Below are positions 1 through 8,777 of a stretch of 55,957 bases of DNA, piece after piece (positions within the stretch are counted from its first letter, which is position 1; the number at the start of each line of letters is the position of its first letter). The stretch is taken from positions 1 to 55,957 of the forward strand of contig DAIDIZ010000024.1 of NCBI GenBank assembly GCA_027451585.1, read 5' to 3'. Made by a program: the position numbers and the translations under genes. Source of the stretch: Chlamydiota bacterium (GTDB taxonomy: Bacteria; Chlamydiota; Chlamydiia; Chlamydiales; SM23-39). Below the pieces are notes generated by a model. That model did not search any database, was not told the DNA's origin, and saw only the letters and a program-made list of their open reading frames with translations.

Positions 1-131
1 ACGAGGAGTGGGTGACTGGAAAGCAATATTTAGACATGAGTCCTCTATTAAATCCGGGCTCAGAAAATAATTAAACGTGAGAGGTGAAAAGAGGGAGAAG
101 ATCGAATTTACAGAAAAACTGTTGCTTTGCC
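1..131 (+). mobile_element. 3' end of an IS256-family element (transposase C-terminus 3..74 plus right terminal repeat)
   Basis: Frame 3 reads EEWVTGKQYLDMSPLLNPGSENN*, resembling IS256 transposase C-termini. It is followed by GAATTTACAGAAAAACTGTTGCTTTGCC, which resembles an IS256 right end. IS630 coding sequence starts immediately after. Confidence 0.65.
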
Positions 132-470
132 TAATTCTCGACAACGCGAAATATCAGGCTTGCCATGTGACGAGGTCTGCAGCGAGCATGCAGGATATCA
201 AATTGCTTTATCTGCCCCCATATTCTCCCAATCTGAATCTGATAGAGAGAGTTTGGAAATTTATTAGGAAGAAGAGTCTTAATTGCAAATATTACGAAAC
301 TTTTGACGAGTTCAAGCTGGCGATATCAGGCTGCATTGAGAAATTCAGCGGAGAGTACAGGAAAGAACTTGAGAGTCTGTTGACGTGGACGTTCCAAACA
401 TTCCCAACGAAGGAGTCTGTGGAGAAAGCAGCGTGAGAATAATTTTAAAAACCTAACCGCGCGCAGTATA
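132..470 (+). mobile_element. IS630-family element, 3' part (interrupted DDE transposase to 436; right end ...CCGCGCGCAGTA-TA)
   Basis: ILDNAKYQ and LYLPPYSPNLNLIERVWK are IS630 DDE motifs. The end at AGTATA fits a TA target site. Confidence 0.85.
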
Positions 471-588
471 GTAGAGGAGCATTAGCGGCAAGATTAAATG
501 TCATGTTGTCCTTAATGGTAATCAAAGGACAAACACAACACACTCAGAAATAATTACTTGTCAAGCTATTTATCATGCAATCGCCCTG
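471..588 (+). mobile_element. Right end of a probable ISAs1-family element
   Basis: Ends in ATGCAATCGCCCTG (reverse complement CAGGGCGATTGCAT, ISAs1-like terminus). 531..589 is an exact inverted copy of 55899..55957. Confidence 0.6.
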
Positions 589-632
589 GCCCCAGGACAA
601 GCGTCTCAAAAAATCAGAGATAATATTGTACC

Positions 633-3600
633 TTAGGCAAGGGGAGCAAAAAGGGATTGGAGGTCCTCGAGGTTGAGATCCAATGAGGCCGTGCTCGATG
701 CATCAAATAGGCTGTCGGCTAGCGCTTTTTTCTTGGCTTGCATTTGCAAAATCTTCTCTTCTACGGAACCGGAAGCTATCCATTTATAGACAAAGATCGA
801 TTTGGTTTGCCCCATTCTGTGGGCCCGGTCGGTGGCTTGGTTCTCCACTGCTGGGTTCCACCAGGGATCGTAGTGAATAACTGTGTCGGCTGCCGTGAGA
901 TTGAGGCCCGTTCCTCCCGCTTTCAGGCTGATCAGAAAGAGGGGGACTTCTCCTCCTTGGAATCGTCTCACGGGCGTGTTCCGATCCTCTGTTTCTCCTG
1001 TGATGATTACGTAAGGAATCTTAAGATCTCTCAGCTGCTCTTCGATGAGTTTCAGCATACTGGTGAATTGCGAAAAGAGAAGGATTTTTCTCCCGTTTTC
1101 AATGAGTTCTGGAAGAAGCTCTTTGAGATGGAGAAGCTTGCTTGAATCGTTCGATGTGGTCCCTTTGACTGTTTTAAGCAACCGTGGATCGCAGCAGATT
1201 TGGCGGAGTTTCAGCAGCGCGTCTAGCAAAACAATTCGGCTTCTAGCCAACCCTTTCGCTTCCACTTCGGCCATCACTTTATTCATCATGGTAAGCCGGA
1301 CTGCTTCATACAGCTCTTGTTGCTTCTCTGTCAGCTCGATGGTGGTGATGATCTCTGTTTTGGGCGGAAGTTCTTGGATCACTTCTTGCTTGGTCCGACG
1401 CAGTAAAAAGGGGGCTATTCGCTTTTGGAGTATCTTTTTCCTCTCCAAAGAGCCTTCTTTTTCGATCGGCTTCCGAAACAGCTTCTGAAATTGTTTCTCG
1501 TCCCCTAAAAAACCGGGCAAAATAAGGGTGAAGATAGACCAGAGCTCGCCAAGATGGTTCTCCATCGGGGTACCGGTTAAGCAAAGACGGTGCTTCGCTT
1601 GCAGTGATCGGAGCACTTGATGGGCTTGTGTTTTGGCATTTTTGATGTTTTGGGCTTCGTCAAGAATGAGAAGATGGTACTTCTGTGTGCAGAGAATTTG
1701 CTTATCGCGGGAGAGGAGGGGATAGGTGGTGAGAATGAGATCGTATTGCGAGATATTCTCATAGTGCCTTTTTCGGTCCGCCCCCTGCAAAATCAATACT
1801 TTTAGCGAGGGGGTAAACTTTTCGGCTTCAAGCGACCAATTCCCCATGAGGGTCGTGGGGGCAATCACTAGGACTGGATCGGTCAGCCGTCCTTCTTCTT
1901 TTTCAAGTAGAATGTGTGCAAGGGTTTGGATTGTCTTTCCCAGTCCCATATCGTCTGCTAAAATGCCTGCAAGCTGGTATCTGCGCAAAAATTGGAGCCA
2001 GCTCAGGCCCACGAGTTGGTAGTGGCGTAAATCGGTTTTGAGCCCTTTGGGCGGCGTGACGAGCTCGATTTTCTTCAGCTGTTGGAGCTCATCGATCATC
2101 TTTGTGTACCGAGCGGGTGATTCCCATTCGAGTTTCTCTTTATGGAGATTCTCCTTCAATTGCCCAAGGGCGCCTGCCTGCCAGGAGGGAAGCTCGAGTT
2201 TGCCTCCTTTTTTTGGTTCATTGAGAAGTCCCAAAAAGGGTTCTAGGATCGCCTTGAGTTTTCCCAAAGAGATCACCAATACTTCCCCGTTATCAAGGGC
2301 AATGGTGTATTTTTTCTCCATATCTTGCGACGCCAGGGCGTCGAAATGGGGATTGTTGTCGGAGTATTGGGAAATGAACTTGCTCAAATAGGGAATGAGG
2401 TTGACCCGTTTTCCGTTGATTTTCTGCCCGATCTCTAGGTCAAACCAGTGATTTTTGGCTTCGTTTACTTCGACATACCAATCTTGATCGGCGCTGATGA
2501 CGTCTTGGATCGGAAAGGATTCAGAGACTTCAACGATCCATCCAGCTCTCTTCATGGATTGAATTTCATCTATGAGAGGAGTTAGATCAGATACAGGAAA
2601 GTTTTTCCGAAATATTTCGTTAAGACCAAACCAACAACGAGATCGCAATTCGTGGACTACTCTCTTTTCAAAGGGGACATCCCTTGCGAGTTCATAGGTC
2701 GCTTCGGCGGTTTTCCACCCGAAGTGAGAGGCGGGAACAGGGACAGCTGGGATCTTGTGCTCGCCGTAAAGGAATGAGAGGGTTCCTTGTACGATCAATG
2801 CATTGCTCCATTGATGATTTTGCTCTTTAAGAAAAAGGTGGACTCTCCCTTTTTGCGGGGGCAGAATGATCCGTTTCTTCTTTTGAAGCGGGAGCGTGGG
2901 GAAAAGGGTCTTGAGTTTCTGTTCGATGATTGGTAGATGATCTGGTTTGATCGGGGGAGCTGAAAGAAGGTGGCGAATTACGTTGGGTTTTTCGGGAAGA
3001 CGCAGTGGTCCGCAGGTATGATTGGTCGGGTCGACGTAGAGGGCTCCGTCAGAAAATAGGAAGGGAATGGCTTCATTCCCTTCAACTTGTAGGTTGAGCT
3101 GCTGCGATTGGTGGATGAATTCCCAAGAGAGAATCGCCTGTTTCTCCTCTCCCCAAACAAGCGGCGGGGTGGTTACTTTCTCCCACACGGCGCGACCTGT
3201 GTCGACTATTTTTTTTAAAGTAGGAATCATTTTTGATGTCGATTCTAGGGTCTGTTCCCACAAAAGAGAGAGGATCTCTTTATCGCTCTCCTCACACGCC
3301 TTCTTTAACGCTTCGGGAATCCCTCGATCAAAGACGGTAATGGCTTTTATTACCGTTCCTATGGCTTGCGAAAGGTTGCCTCCCTTTTTTCTTCTGGCAA
3401 TATGAAATGCGAGGTTCATGGATTCTGAGGTAGGGGAGTCGCCGGGAGGTTTTGAAAAAATGTAAAAAATCCCTGAAGGAGGAATCGGGCTATCTGCGGT
3501 CTCTTTGTGAGTATTCGAAATTTGCTCGATCCAATCTTTTTCTTCTTCAGAAAGATGGACCTGTTTTTTTGAAGGATTTTTATGGGACGAGGGTACTTTC

Positions 3601-3872
3601 TCTCCTGACTCTAAAGAAAGATGGATCAGGGTTGCCACGATATGTTTGCATCGGTACTTTTGAGGACAGCTACACACAGCCACAAGGGCTTTATTTCCGT
3701 CATAAATGTTTACCTCGTAGGGGGTCTCTTGAGAGCCTGTTACCAACGCTTTAATTTGAGTGGGCGCAGAAGAAATAACCGAGACTTTACCTTGCTGGGC
3801 ATAATTTTTCCCCCGGTGAAAGGTGGTTTTATCAAAACTTTCAATACCAAGCTGGATCATGCTCGATTCCAT
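633..3872 (-). CDS. SWIM zinc-finger / SNF2-family helicase
   Basis: N-terminal CSCPQKYRCKH (SWIM); LADDMGLGKT, DEAQ, TGTPMEN, SLKAGGTGLNL and QATDRAHRMGQ motifs. Confidence 0.95.
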   Translation of the reverse strand: MESSMIQLGIESFDKTTFHRGKNYAQQGKVSVISSAPTQIKALVTGSQETPYEVNIYDGNKALVAVCSCPQKYRCKHIVATLIHLSLESGEKVPSSHKNPSKKQVHLSEEEKDWIEQISNTHKETADSPIPPSGIFYIFSKPPGDSPTSESMNLAFHIARRKKGGNLSQAIGTVIKAITVFDRGIPEALKKACEESDKEILSLLWEQTLESTSKMIPTLKKIVDTGRAVWEKVTTPPLVWGEEKQAILSWEFIHQSQQLNLQVEGNEAIPFLFSDGALYVDPTNHTCGPLRLPEKPNVIRHLLSAPPIKPDHLPIIEQKLKTLFPTLPLQKKKRIILPPQKGRVHLFLKEQNHQWSNALIVQGTLSFLYGEHKIPAVPVPASHFGWKTAEATYELARDVPFEKRVVHELRSRCWFGLNEIFRKNFPVSDLTPLIDEIQSMKRAGWIVEVSESFPIQDVISADQDWYVEVNEAKNHWFDLEIGQKINGKRVNLIPYLSKFISQYSDNNPHFDALASQDMEKKYTIALDNGEVLVISLGKLKAILEPFLGLLNEPKKGGKLELPSWQAGALGQLKENLHKEKLEWESPARYTKMIDELQQLKKIELVTPPKGLKTDLRHYQLVGLSWLQFLRRYQLAGILADDMGLGKTIQTLAHILLEKEEGRLTDPVLVIAPTTLMGNWSLEAEKFTPSLKVLILQGADRKRHYENISQYDLILTTYPLLSRDKQILCTQKYHLLILDEAQNIKNAKTQAHQVLRSLQAKHRLCLTGTPMENHLGELWSIFTLILPGFLGDEKQFQKLFRKPIEKEGSLERKKILQKRIAPFLLRRTKQEVIQELPPKTEIITTIELTEKQQELYEAVRLTMMNKVMAEVEAKGLARSRIVLLDALLKLRQICCDPRLLKTVKGTTSNDSSKLLHLKELLPELIENGRKILLFSQFTSMLKLIEEQLRDLKIPYVIITGETEDRNTPVRRFQGGEVPLFLISLKAGGTGLNLTAADTVIHYDPWWNPAVENQATDRAHRMGQTKSIFVYKWIASGSVEEKILQMQAKKKALADSLFDASSTASLDLNLEDLQSLFAPLA

Positions 3873-3905
3873 TCAATACCTTCTTAAAGAAGAAAAGCGA
3901 AGATT

Positions 3906-4328
3906 TTACTTCGGATTTTTTAAAATTGCAAGATGTTTGAGGCACTTCTTTTCCATCTTCCTCATCTCTCGTCTCTTCATGGGATCTAAATCGTCGTAGC
4001 CGATCAGATGGAGAATCCCATGGATGAGGTAGAGAAGGGTCTCTTCAGACGGATCCAGATTGTGTTTTGTGGCGTAGTCAATGGCTACCTCCGGACAAAC
4101 GAAGATCTCTCCTAAATGTTTATCTCCCAAAGGGAACGAAATGCAGTCGGTTTCGGTCGGATCATTAAAAAATTGCTCATGAAGTTCGGCAATCTTTTTC
4201 TTCGTGACAAAATAGATAGAAAGCTCTTCCCACTCCACTTGTAAAAACGAGAGAATCTCCGTCGCGGCTCGCGCAACAGATCTCTTGTTGATCGGAAGAG
4301 CTTTTTGTCGATTGATGACGGTAATCAA
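3906..4328 (-). CDS. ybeY: rRNA maturation endoribonuclease YbeY
   Basis: TDCISF and HGILHLIGYDD motifs. Likely TTG start at 4328 overlaps the upstream stop; the track start at 4382 lies inside another gene. Confidence 0.92.
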   Translation of the reverse strand: MITVINRQKALPINKRSVARAATEILSFLQVEWEELSIYFVTKKKIAELHEQFFNDPTETDCISFPLGDKHLGEIFVCPEVAIDYATKHNLDPSEETLLYLIHGILHLIGYDDLDPMKRREMRKMEKKCLKHLAILKNPK

Positions 4329-4483
4329 GCTGAAGGAGTTTTGGGAAGTCCGGTCACCCGTGTGTTTTTCCCATCGACCCACTTGCCAAGTTTGCGCAGT
4401 ACGTCAATTCTTTCAAAACGCTTCAATACGTTTCGCTTTTGTCCGCCTTTATTCGTTTTTCCGTAACTTGTATGTCGCGTCAT
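4325..4483 (-). CDS. PVC-superphylum small basic protein (CT421.2-like, TIGR04137), 52 aa
   Basis: Hand translation: MTRHTSYGKTNKGGQKRNVLKRFERIDVLRKLGKWVDGKNTRVTGLPKTPSA. Has the RNVLKRFERI and GLPK signature. Not in the ORF track. Confidence 0.9.
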   Translation of the reverse strand: MTRHTSYGKTNKGGQKRNVLKRFERIDVLRKLGKWVDGKNTRVTGLPKTPSA

Positions 4484-4488
4484 CTGTC

Positions 4489-4662
4489 CTACCTTGCTTT
4501 TGGAATGAATCGATCAGGAATCTCTTGGGCTTCTACGCCGTTCAGGTGAATGCGAAACCCTGATTCTAGTTGGTCGCGCTTGGGGCCTGTCTTGGATGAG
4601 GGAAGTCGCCGTCTTCGATGAGATACAGCTCTTCTTTCCCCTTGTTTGCTCATGCGGGTCAT
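4489..4662 (-). CDS. Small chlamydial basic protein (CT421.1-like), 57 aa
   Basis: Hand translation: MTRMSKQGERRAVSHRRRRLPSSKTGPKRDQLESGFRIHLNGVEAQEIPDRFIPKAR. RMSKQ..RR start, FIPK end and position match the chlamydial locus as I recall it. Confidence 0.75.
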   Translation of the reverse strand: MTRMSKQGERRAVSHRRRRLPSSKTGPKRDQLESGFRIHLNGVEAQEIPDRFIPKAR

Positions 4663-4750
4663 AACGTACTCTCTTGCAAATGAATGAAGGGGCTATTTTA
4701 AGGGGCTTTCTTTTATTTCGCAATGAGTTGTTTAAGTGTTTGGTAACCAG

Positions 4751-5191
4751 TCAGTTGTGTTGTGCGGCTGATTCAATCATGAAATGGGCCTCTTTATAGG
4801 CGTCAAATCGGAGAGAAGAGAGTCGATTTTTATTGGGGTGGGAAAGGTCCTCAAATTCGTAGATGATGCGGAAGGGGGGGCTTTGGATGAGGAGTGGGGT
4901 AGAACAGAGATTGAAGGCGATCTTGGCTCCGTTGACGTTGTTTTTGGTCTTGGTGATCGCTATGAAATCGGTTGTGGGGTCATCAGTTGCAACGTGGGGA
5001 AGAAAGGAGGTGTCGGTGATTTTCCAAAGAGAATCTTGAGTAAATGTTTGGGCGTTTTCATCTTCAACGGTCAAGAGAATGTGTTCTTTACGACCAAAAT
5101 GGGCGGCGATGGTTTGATAGAGGATCTGGAGTTTGGCAGCGCCTCCTTTGACGGGAAAAAAAATAACTCGGGTGGTTTGGGTCTCAATCAT
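4751..5191 (-). CDS. holC: DNA polymerase III chi subunit
   Basis: LW...SFLPH motif; 146 aa. Confidence 0.75.
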   Translation of the reverse strand: MIETQTTRVIFFPVKGGAAKLQILYQTIAAHFGRKEHILLTVEDENAQTFTQDSLWKITDTSFLPHVATDDPTTDFIAITKTKNNVNGAKIAFNLCSTPLLIQSPPFRIIYEFEDLSHPNKNRLSSLRFDAYKEAHFMIESAAQHN

Positions 5192-5822
5192 GGGAATTCG
5201 CAGGAGGATGGATGATACCGCAAGAGACGAGAAATTTAACAGCTTCTTCGTTGGAAAGGGCTATTTGGTGGGCGTCTTTTGCGGGGACAAAAAAGAGGAA
5301 TCCTGAGATGGGGTGGGGGGCTGTGGGCATAAAGATGGACTGAAGCGGTTCTTTGATTTTGCTTTGGATTTCTTCGGCAACTTCTCCTGCTTGAAATCCG
5401 AGGGCATAGGAGGGGGCAAAGGGAAATGGGATGATCACCGGGTGTTTAAAGGCTTTCTTTCCATCGGGTGAAAAAAGGGCTTTGAAGATGTCGCGAGACA
5501 CTTTGTAGACTGTCTTAATAAAGGGGATTTTGGAGATGATCCGATCTCCAAACTCGAGCACGCTTTTGAAAAAAAACCAACGGGCAAAGGCTCCGAGGGC
5601 TAAGATGAAGAGGCAGAGGAGGAGAAGGGCTAAAATCCGGGCGAGGGGTAAAGTGAGTGCGTGGGGGAGGTGGAAATGGAAAAGTTCTTCCAGGGAATGG
5701 AGCATGGACGAGACAAGGGAGAGGAAGGGGGTGGTGAAAAAGTCGATCAGGAACAGGACAATGAGAAGGGTGAGGGCTATCGGCATTAAAAGGATGAGTC
5801 CCGTAAGAAAATACTTTTTCAT
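5184..5822 (-). CDS. DUF502 membrane protein
   Basis: KYFLTGL..L.P..LT start, two TM helices, IPFIKTVY and FMPTAPHPISGFL. Confidence 0.9.
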   Translation of the reverse strand: MKKYFLTGLILLMPIALTLLIVLFLIDFFTTPFLSLVSSMLHSLEELFHFHLPHALTLPLARILALLLLCLFILALGAFARWFFFKSVLEFGDRIISKIPFIKTVYKVSRDIFKALFSPDGKKAFKHPVIIPFPFAPSYALGFQAGEVAEEIQSKIKEPLQSIFMPTAPHPISGFLFFVPAKDAHQIALSNEEAVKFLVSCGIIHPPANSHD

Positions 5823-6460
5823 TTGCCTTCTTCCTTTTGGTTCCAGTCGGGTTTGATGACGGCGCAGGAAACGACGTATTTCATCGCTTCTTCTGTTTTC
5901 ATTTCAAGATAGATCATCTCTTTTCGAGGGATCATCACTAAGAATCCGGTCATTGGATTGGGTGCGGTAGGAATAAAAACTGATTCCATTTCTTGATGAA
6001 TGGGGGTGACGCAGCTTTCGGGAGAGGGGCCAGAGACAAGTCCCAGGCAATAGCCTCCTCTATAAGGGAAGGGAATGAGGACCACTTGTTTAAAAGAGCC
6101 TCCTTGAGAGGCAAAGAGGGAGTGAATGATCTCTTTGGATGTTTTATAGACTTTATTTACAAGGGGAACTCGATAGAGAATCCGATCCCCGATTTCGAAG
6201 AGTTTCTCAAAGAAGAAGCGTCTTGCGATGAATCCTAGGCAGAAGACCAGGATAAAAAGGGAGAGAAGAATAAACAGTTGACTTAAGAGCTCAATTCCGC
6301 TTTTCGATGTGATAATCCCATATTTGGGAAGATCTTCCAAAAGGGCGGTCATGATCCCCATGAAGGGGCGGGTGAGAAAGCGGACGAAAAAGATGAAGAT
6401 CCAAATGGTGACGGCGACAGGGAGGAGGGTTGCTAGACCTGTAAAGAAACATTTTTTCAT
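5819..6460 (-). CDS. DUF502 membrane protein (tandem paralog)
   Basis: FFTGLATLLPVAVT, VPLVNKVY and FIPTAPNPMTGFL. Confidence 0.9.
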   Translation of the reverse strand: MKKCFFTGLATLLPVAVTIWIFIFFVRFLTRPFMGIMTALLEDLPKYGIITSKSGIELLSQLFILLSLFILVFCLGFIARRFFFEKLFEIGDRILYRVPLVNKVYKTSKEIIHSLFASQGGSFKQVVLIPFPYRGGYCLGLVSGPSPESCVTPIHQEMESVFIPTAPNPMTGFLVMIPRKEMIYLEMKTEEAMKYVVSCAVIKPDWNQKEEGK

Positions 6461-6494
6461 GTTACAATCTGTATACCAGATTTGAGTTATTTTT

Positions 6495-8291
6495 ATGGAC
6501 GTCTTATTGAGTTGCCAAGAGGTGGGGAAGTCGTTTGGTTCGATTGACCTATTCGACGATCTCTCTTTCTCTATTTTTTCGGGAGATCAAATGGGTTTAA
6601 TCGGTCTCAATGGTTCGGGCAAATCAACCCTTCTGAAGATCTTGGCTCGTCTTGAAAAAGAGGATCGAGGATCAATTGTGATGAAAAAGGGACTCAAAAT
6701 TGGATATCTTCCTCAAAGCTGCGAGTTTCAGGAAGCTTCTCCTCAAGAAATACTCAAAGAGGCCTTGGCAAATGAGAATATTCCTGATTATGATCGCGAT
6801 TTCTTAGCAGAAATGTGGCTTTCCAAAATGGGGTTTTCGGGAAACGAGTGTTCGGCTCATCTTCTCTCTGGAGGATGGAAAAAAAGGCTCGGTCTTGCAA
6901 GAGAGTTAATCCGTTCTCCTGATTTGCTCTTGCTCGATGAACCGACAAACCATCTCGATCTCGAGGGGGTATTGTGGCTTGAGAAATGGTTAACTGAAGA
7001 GGCTCTCACTTATCTTGTGATTAGTCATGATCGGTATTTTTTACAAAATGTAACCAATCGGATCATCGAAATCGATCGTCTTTATCCAAAAGGGGTTTTT
7101 TCTTCTCAGGGCTCTTATGCTGAGTTTTTAGCGAAAAAAGAGCAATTCATTGAGGGACAGCTAAAAGAGGAACGGTCTTTAGCCACAAAGGCAAGGAGGG
7201 AAACTGCATGGCTCCGAGCTGGTGTGAAGGCGAGAACGACTAAATCGCAGGCGAGAATCGACGAGGCCGAAGAGATTTTAGAAGCTCATCGAGATGTCAA
7301 AAGACGCAACCAGACAAAAACGGCGGCTATTGACTTCGCTGCAAGTGAAAGAGAAACGAGAAAACTCGTGGTCGCTAAAAATCTTAAAAAAGAAATTGGG
7401 GGAAAATCTCTTTTTTCTCATCTCGACTTCACTCTTTCTCCCGGCACTCGTTTGGGTTTGATGGGACCTAATGGATCTGGCAAGACCACTCTTCTTCGGC
7501 TCATTCAAGGTGAAATAGAGCCCGATCAGGGAACGATTAAAAGAGCAGATAGGTTGCAGGTTGTCTACTTCGATCAACATAGGAAGCAGCTCCCTTTAGA
7601 TATTTCTTTAAAGGATGCTCTATCCCCCAAAGGGGATTATGTATCGTTTCGAGGGCATCCGGTCCATGTGAATGGGTGGTGCAAACGATTCTTATTTTCC
7701 CCCGATCGACTCGAGATGCCGATTGGCCTTTTGTCGGGCGGCGAAAGGGCGAGGATTGCGATTGCTCATTTGATGCTGCAGCCAGCAGATGTTCTTCTTC
7801 TTGATGAGCCGACCAATGATCTTGATATTCCTACTTTAGAGGTTTTGGAAGAGGGATTGATTGATTTTCCTGGAGCAATTGTCCTGATTACTCACGATCG
7901 ATGCATGATCGATCGAATTTGTAATGAGATTCTCTCGCTTGGAGACCTTGAAGGGCCCCTCTTTTTTGCGGATTATTCGCAGTGGGTGAATCGAGCTCAG
8001 AAAAAGGAAAAACCTTCTCTCTCTTCTCCTCAAAAGAGAGAAAAAGCGCCAGTTAAAACTCTCTCTTCTTCAGAGAAAAAAGAGTATCAGTTGATTGAAC
8101 AAAAAATCCCTAAATTGGAAGCTGAAGTGCGTCTTCTCAATCAACGTTTAGAAGAAAAGGAAGTTGCAACAAATCCAGAGCTTCTCTCTCAGGTATGCAC
8201 GCAAATCGGTCTTCTTGAAACGCAAATTGAACAACTCTACTTGAGATGGCATGCGCTTGATCAAATCATTTCTAGTATAAATAATCTGTAA
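6495..8291 (+). CDS. uup: ABC-F ATPase, Uup-like
   Basis: Two ABC cassettes (GLNGSGKST / LSGG / DEPTN twice), GVKARTTK linker, C-terminal coiled coil, no TM segments. Confidence 0.88.
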   Translation: MDVLLSCQEVGKSFGSIDLFDDLSFSIFSGDQMGLIGLNGSGKSTLLKILARLEKEDRGSIVMKKGLKIGYLPQSCEFQEASPQEILKEALANENIPDYDRDFLAEMWLSKMGFSGNECSAHLLSGGWKKRLGLARELIRSPDLLLLDEPTNHLDLEGVLWLEKWLTEEALTYLVISHDRYFLQNVTNRIIEIDRLYPKGVFSSQGSYAEFLAKKEQFIEGQLKEERSLATKARRETAWLRAGVKARTTKSQARIDEAEEILEAHRDVKRRNQTKTAAIDFAASERETRKLVVAKNLKKEIGGKSLFSHLDFTLSPGTRLGLMGPNGSGKTTLLRLIQGEIEPDQGTIKRADRLQVVYFDQHRKQLPLDISLKDALSPKGDYVSFRGHPVHVNGWCKRFLFSPDRLEMPIGLLSGGERARIAIAHLMLQPADVLLLDEPTNDLDIPTLEVLEEGLIDFPGAIVLITHDRCMIDRICNEILSLGDLEGPLFFADYSQWVNRAQKKEKPSLSSPQKREKAPVKTLSSSEKKEYQLIEQKIPKLEAEVRLLNQRLEEKEVATNPELLSQVCTQIGLLETQIEQLYLRWHALDQIISSINNL

Positions 8292-8311
8292 AGAGTATTC
8301 TTTGGCTCGTT

Positions 8312-8719
8312 ATGGTTAGAAATGAGTCTCGCTCTTCAAGTGGCAATGGTTCTCAATTGGGTTTGTGTGAACTTCTAGACCTACAAGATCCTTTCGCAAT
8401 TCTTTTTCCCGAACTCGCTCAATGGAAGAATAGAGAGGACGTTTATTCTCGGATAAGAGATTGTTGGTTCCGAAAAGACCCCTGTCTTGATTTTACCGGC
8501 TGTTCTCTTTCGGAGTTCCCGCCCGAGCTCCAAAAGTTTTGCTGGGTCAATACAATCAATTTAAACGGCGCTTATTTCCGTAAAATTTTCTACCGTCTAC
8601 CCCAACTTCCTCCTCGTGTGGCTCCCAACGAGCTCCGGATAGCACCAGAAAGGACAATGTTCCGTCACTTGGCTCATCCTCTTCAAGACCCTTCATTGAT
8701 TACATGGGAGATTAGGTAG
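8312..8719 (+). CDS. Hypothetical protein with a degenerate LRR-like segment
   Basis: 135-aa ORF following uup; LDFTGCSLSEFPPEL...INLNG resembles one LRR unit. Confidence 0.5.
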   Translation: MVRNESRSSSGNGSQLGLCELLDLQDPFAILFPELAQWKNREDVYSRIRDCWFRKDPCLDFTGCSLSEFPPELQKFCWVNTINLNGAYFRKIFYRLPQLPPRVAPNELRIAPERTMFRHLAHPLQDPSLITWEIR

Positions 8720-8777
8720 TACATAATGTAATTAAGCTTCTTTTTAAAGGGCGCAATTACACTATGTATTAGGTTTC

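Noticed and set aside
77-436. 119-aa ORF as an intact transposase
   Set aside because: Its first 18 or so codons come from the end of a different IS; it is a chimeric fragment.
4514-4723. 69-aa minus-strand ORF in the track
   Set aside because: Wrong frame; the recognisable gene is 4489..4662.
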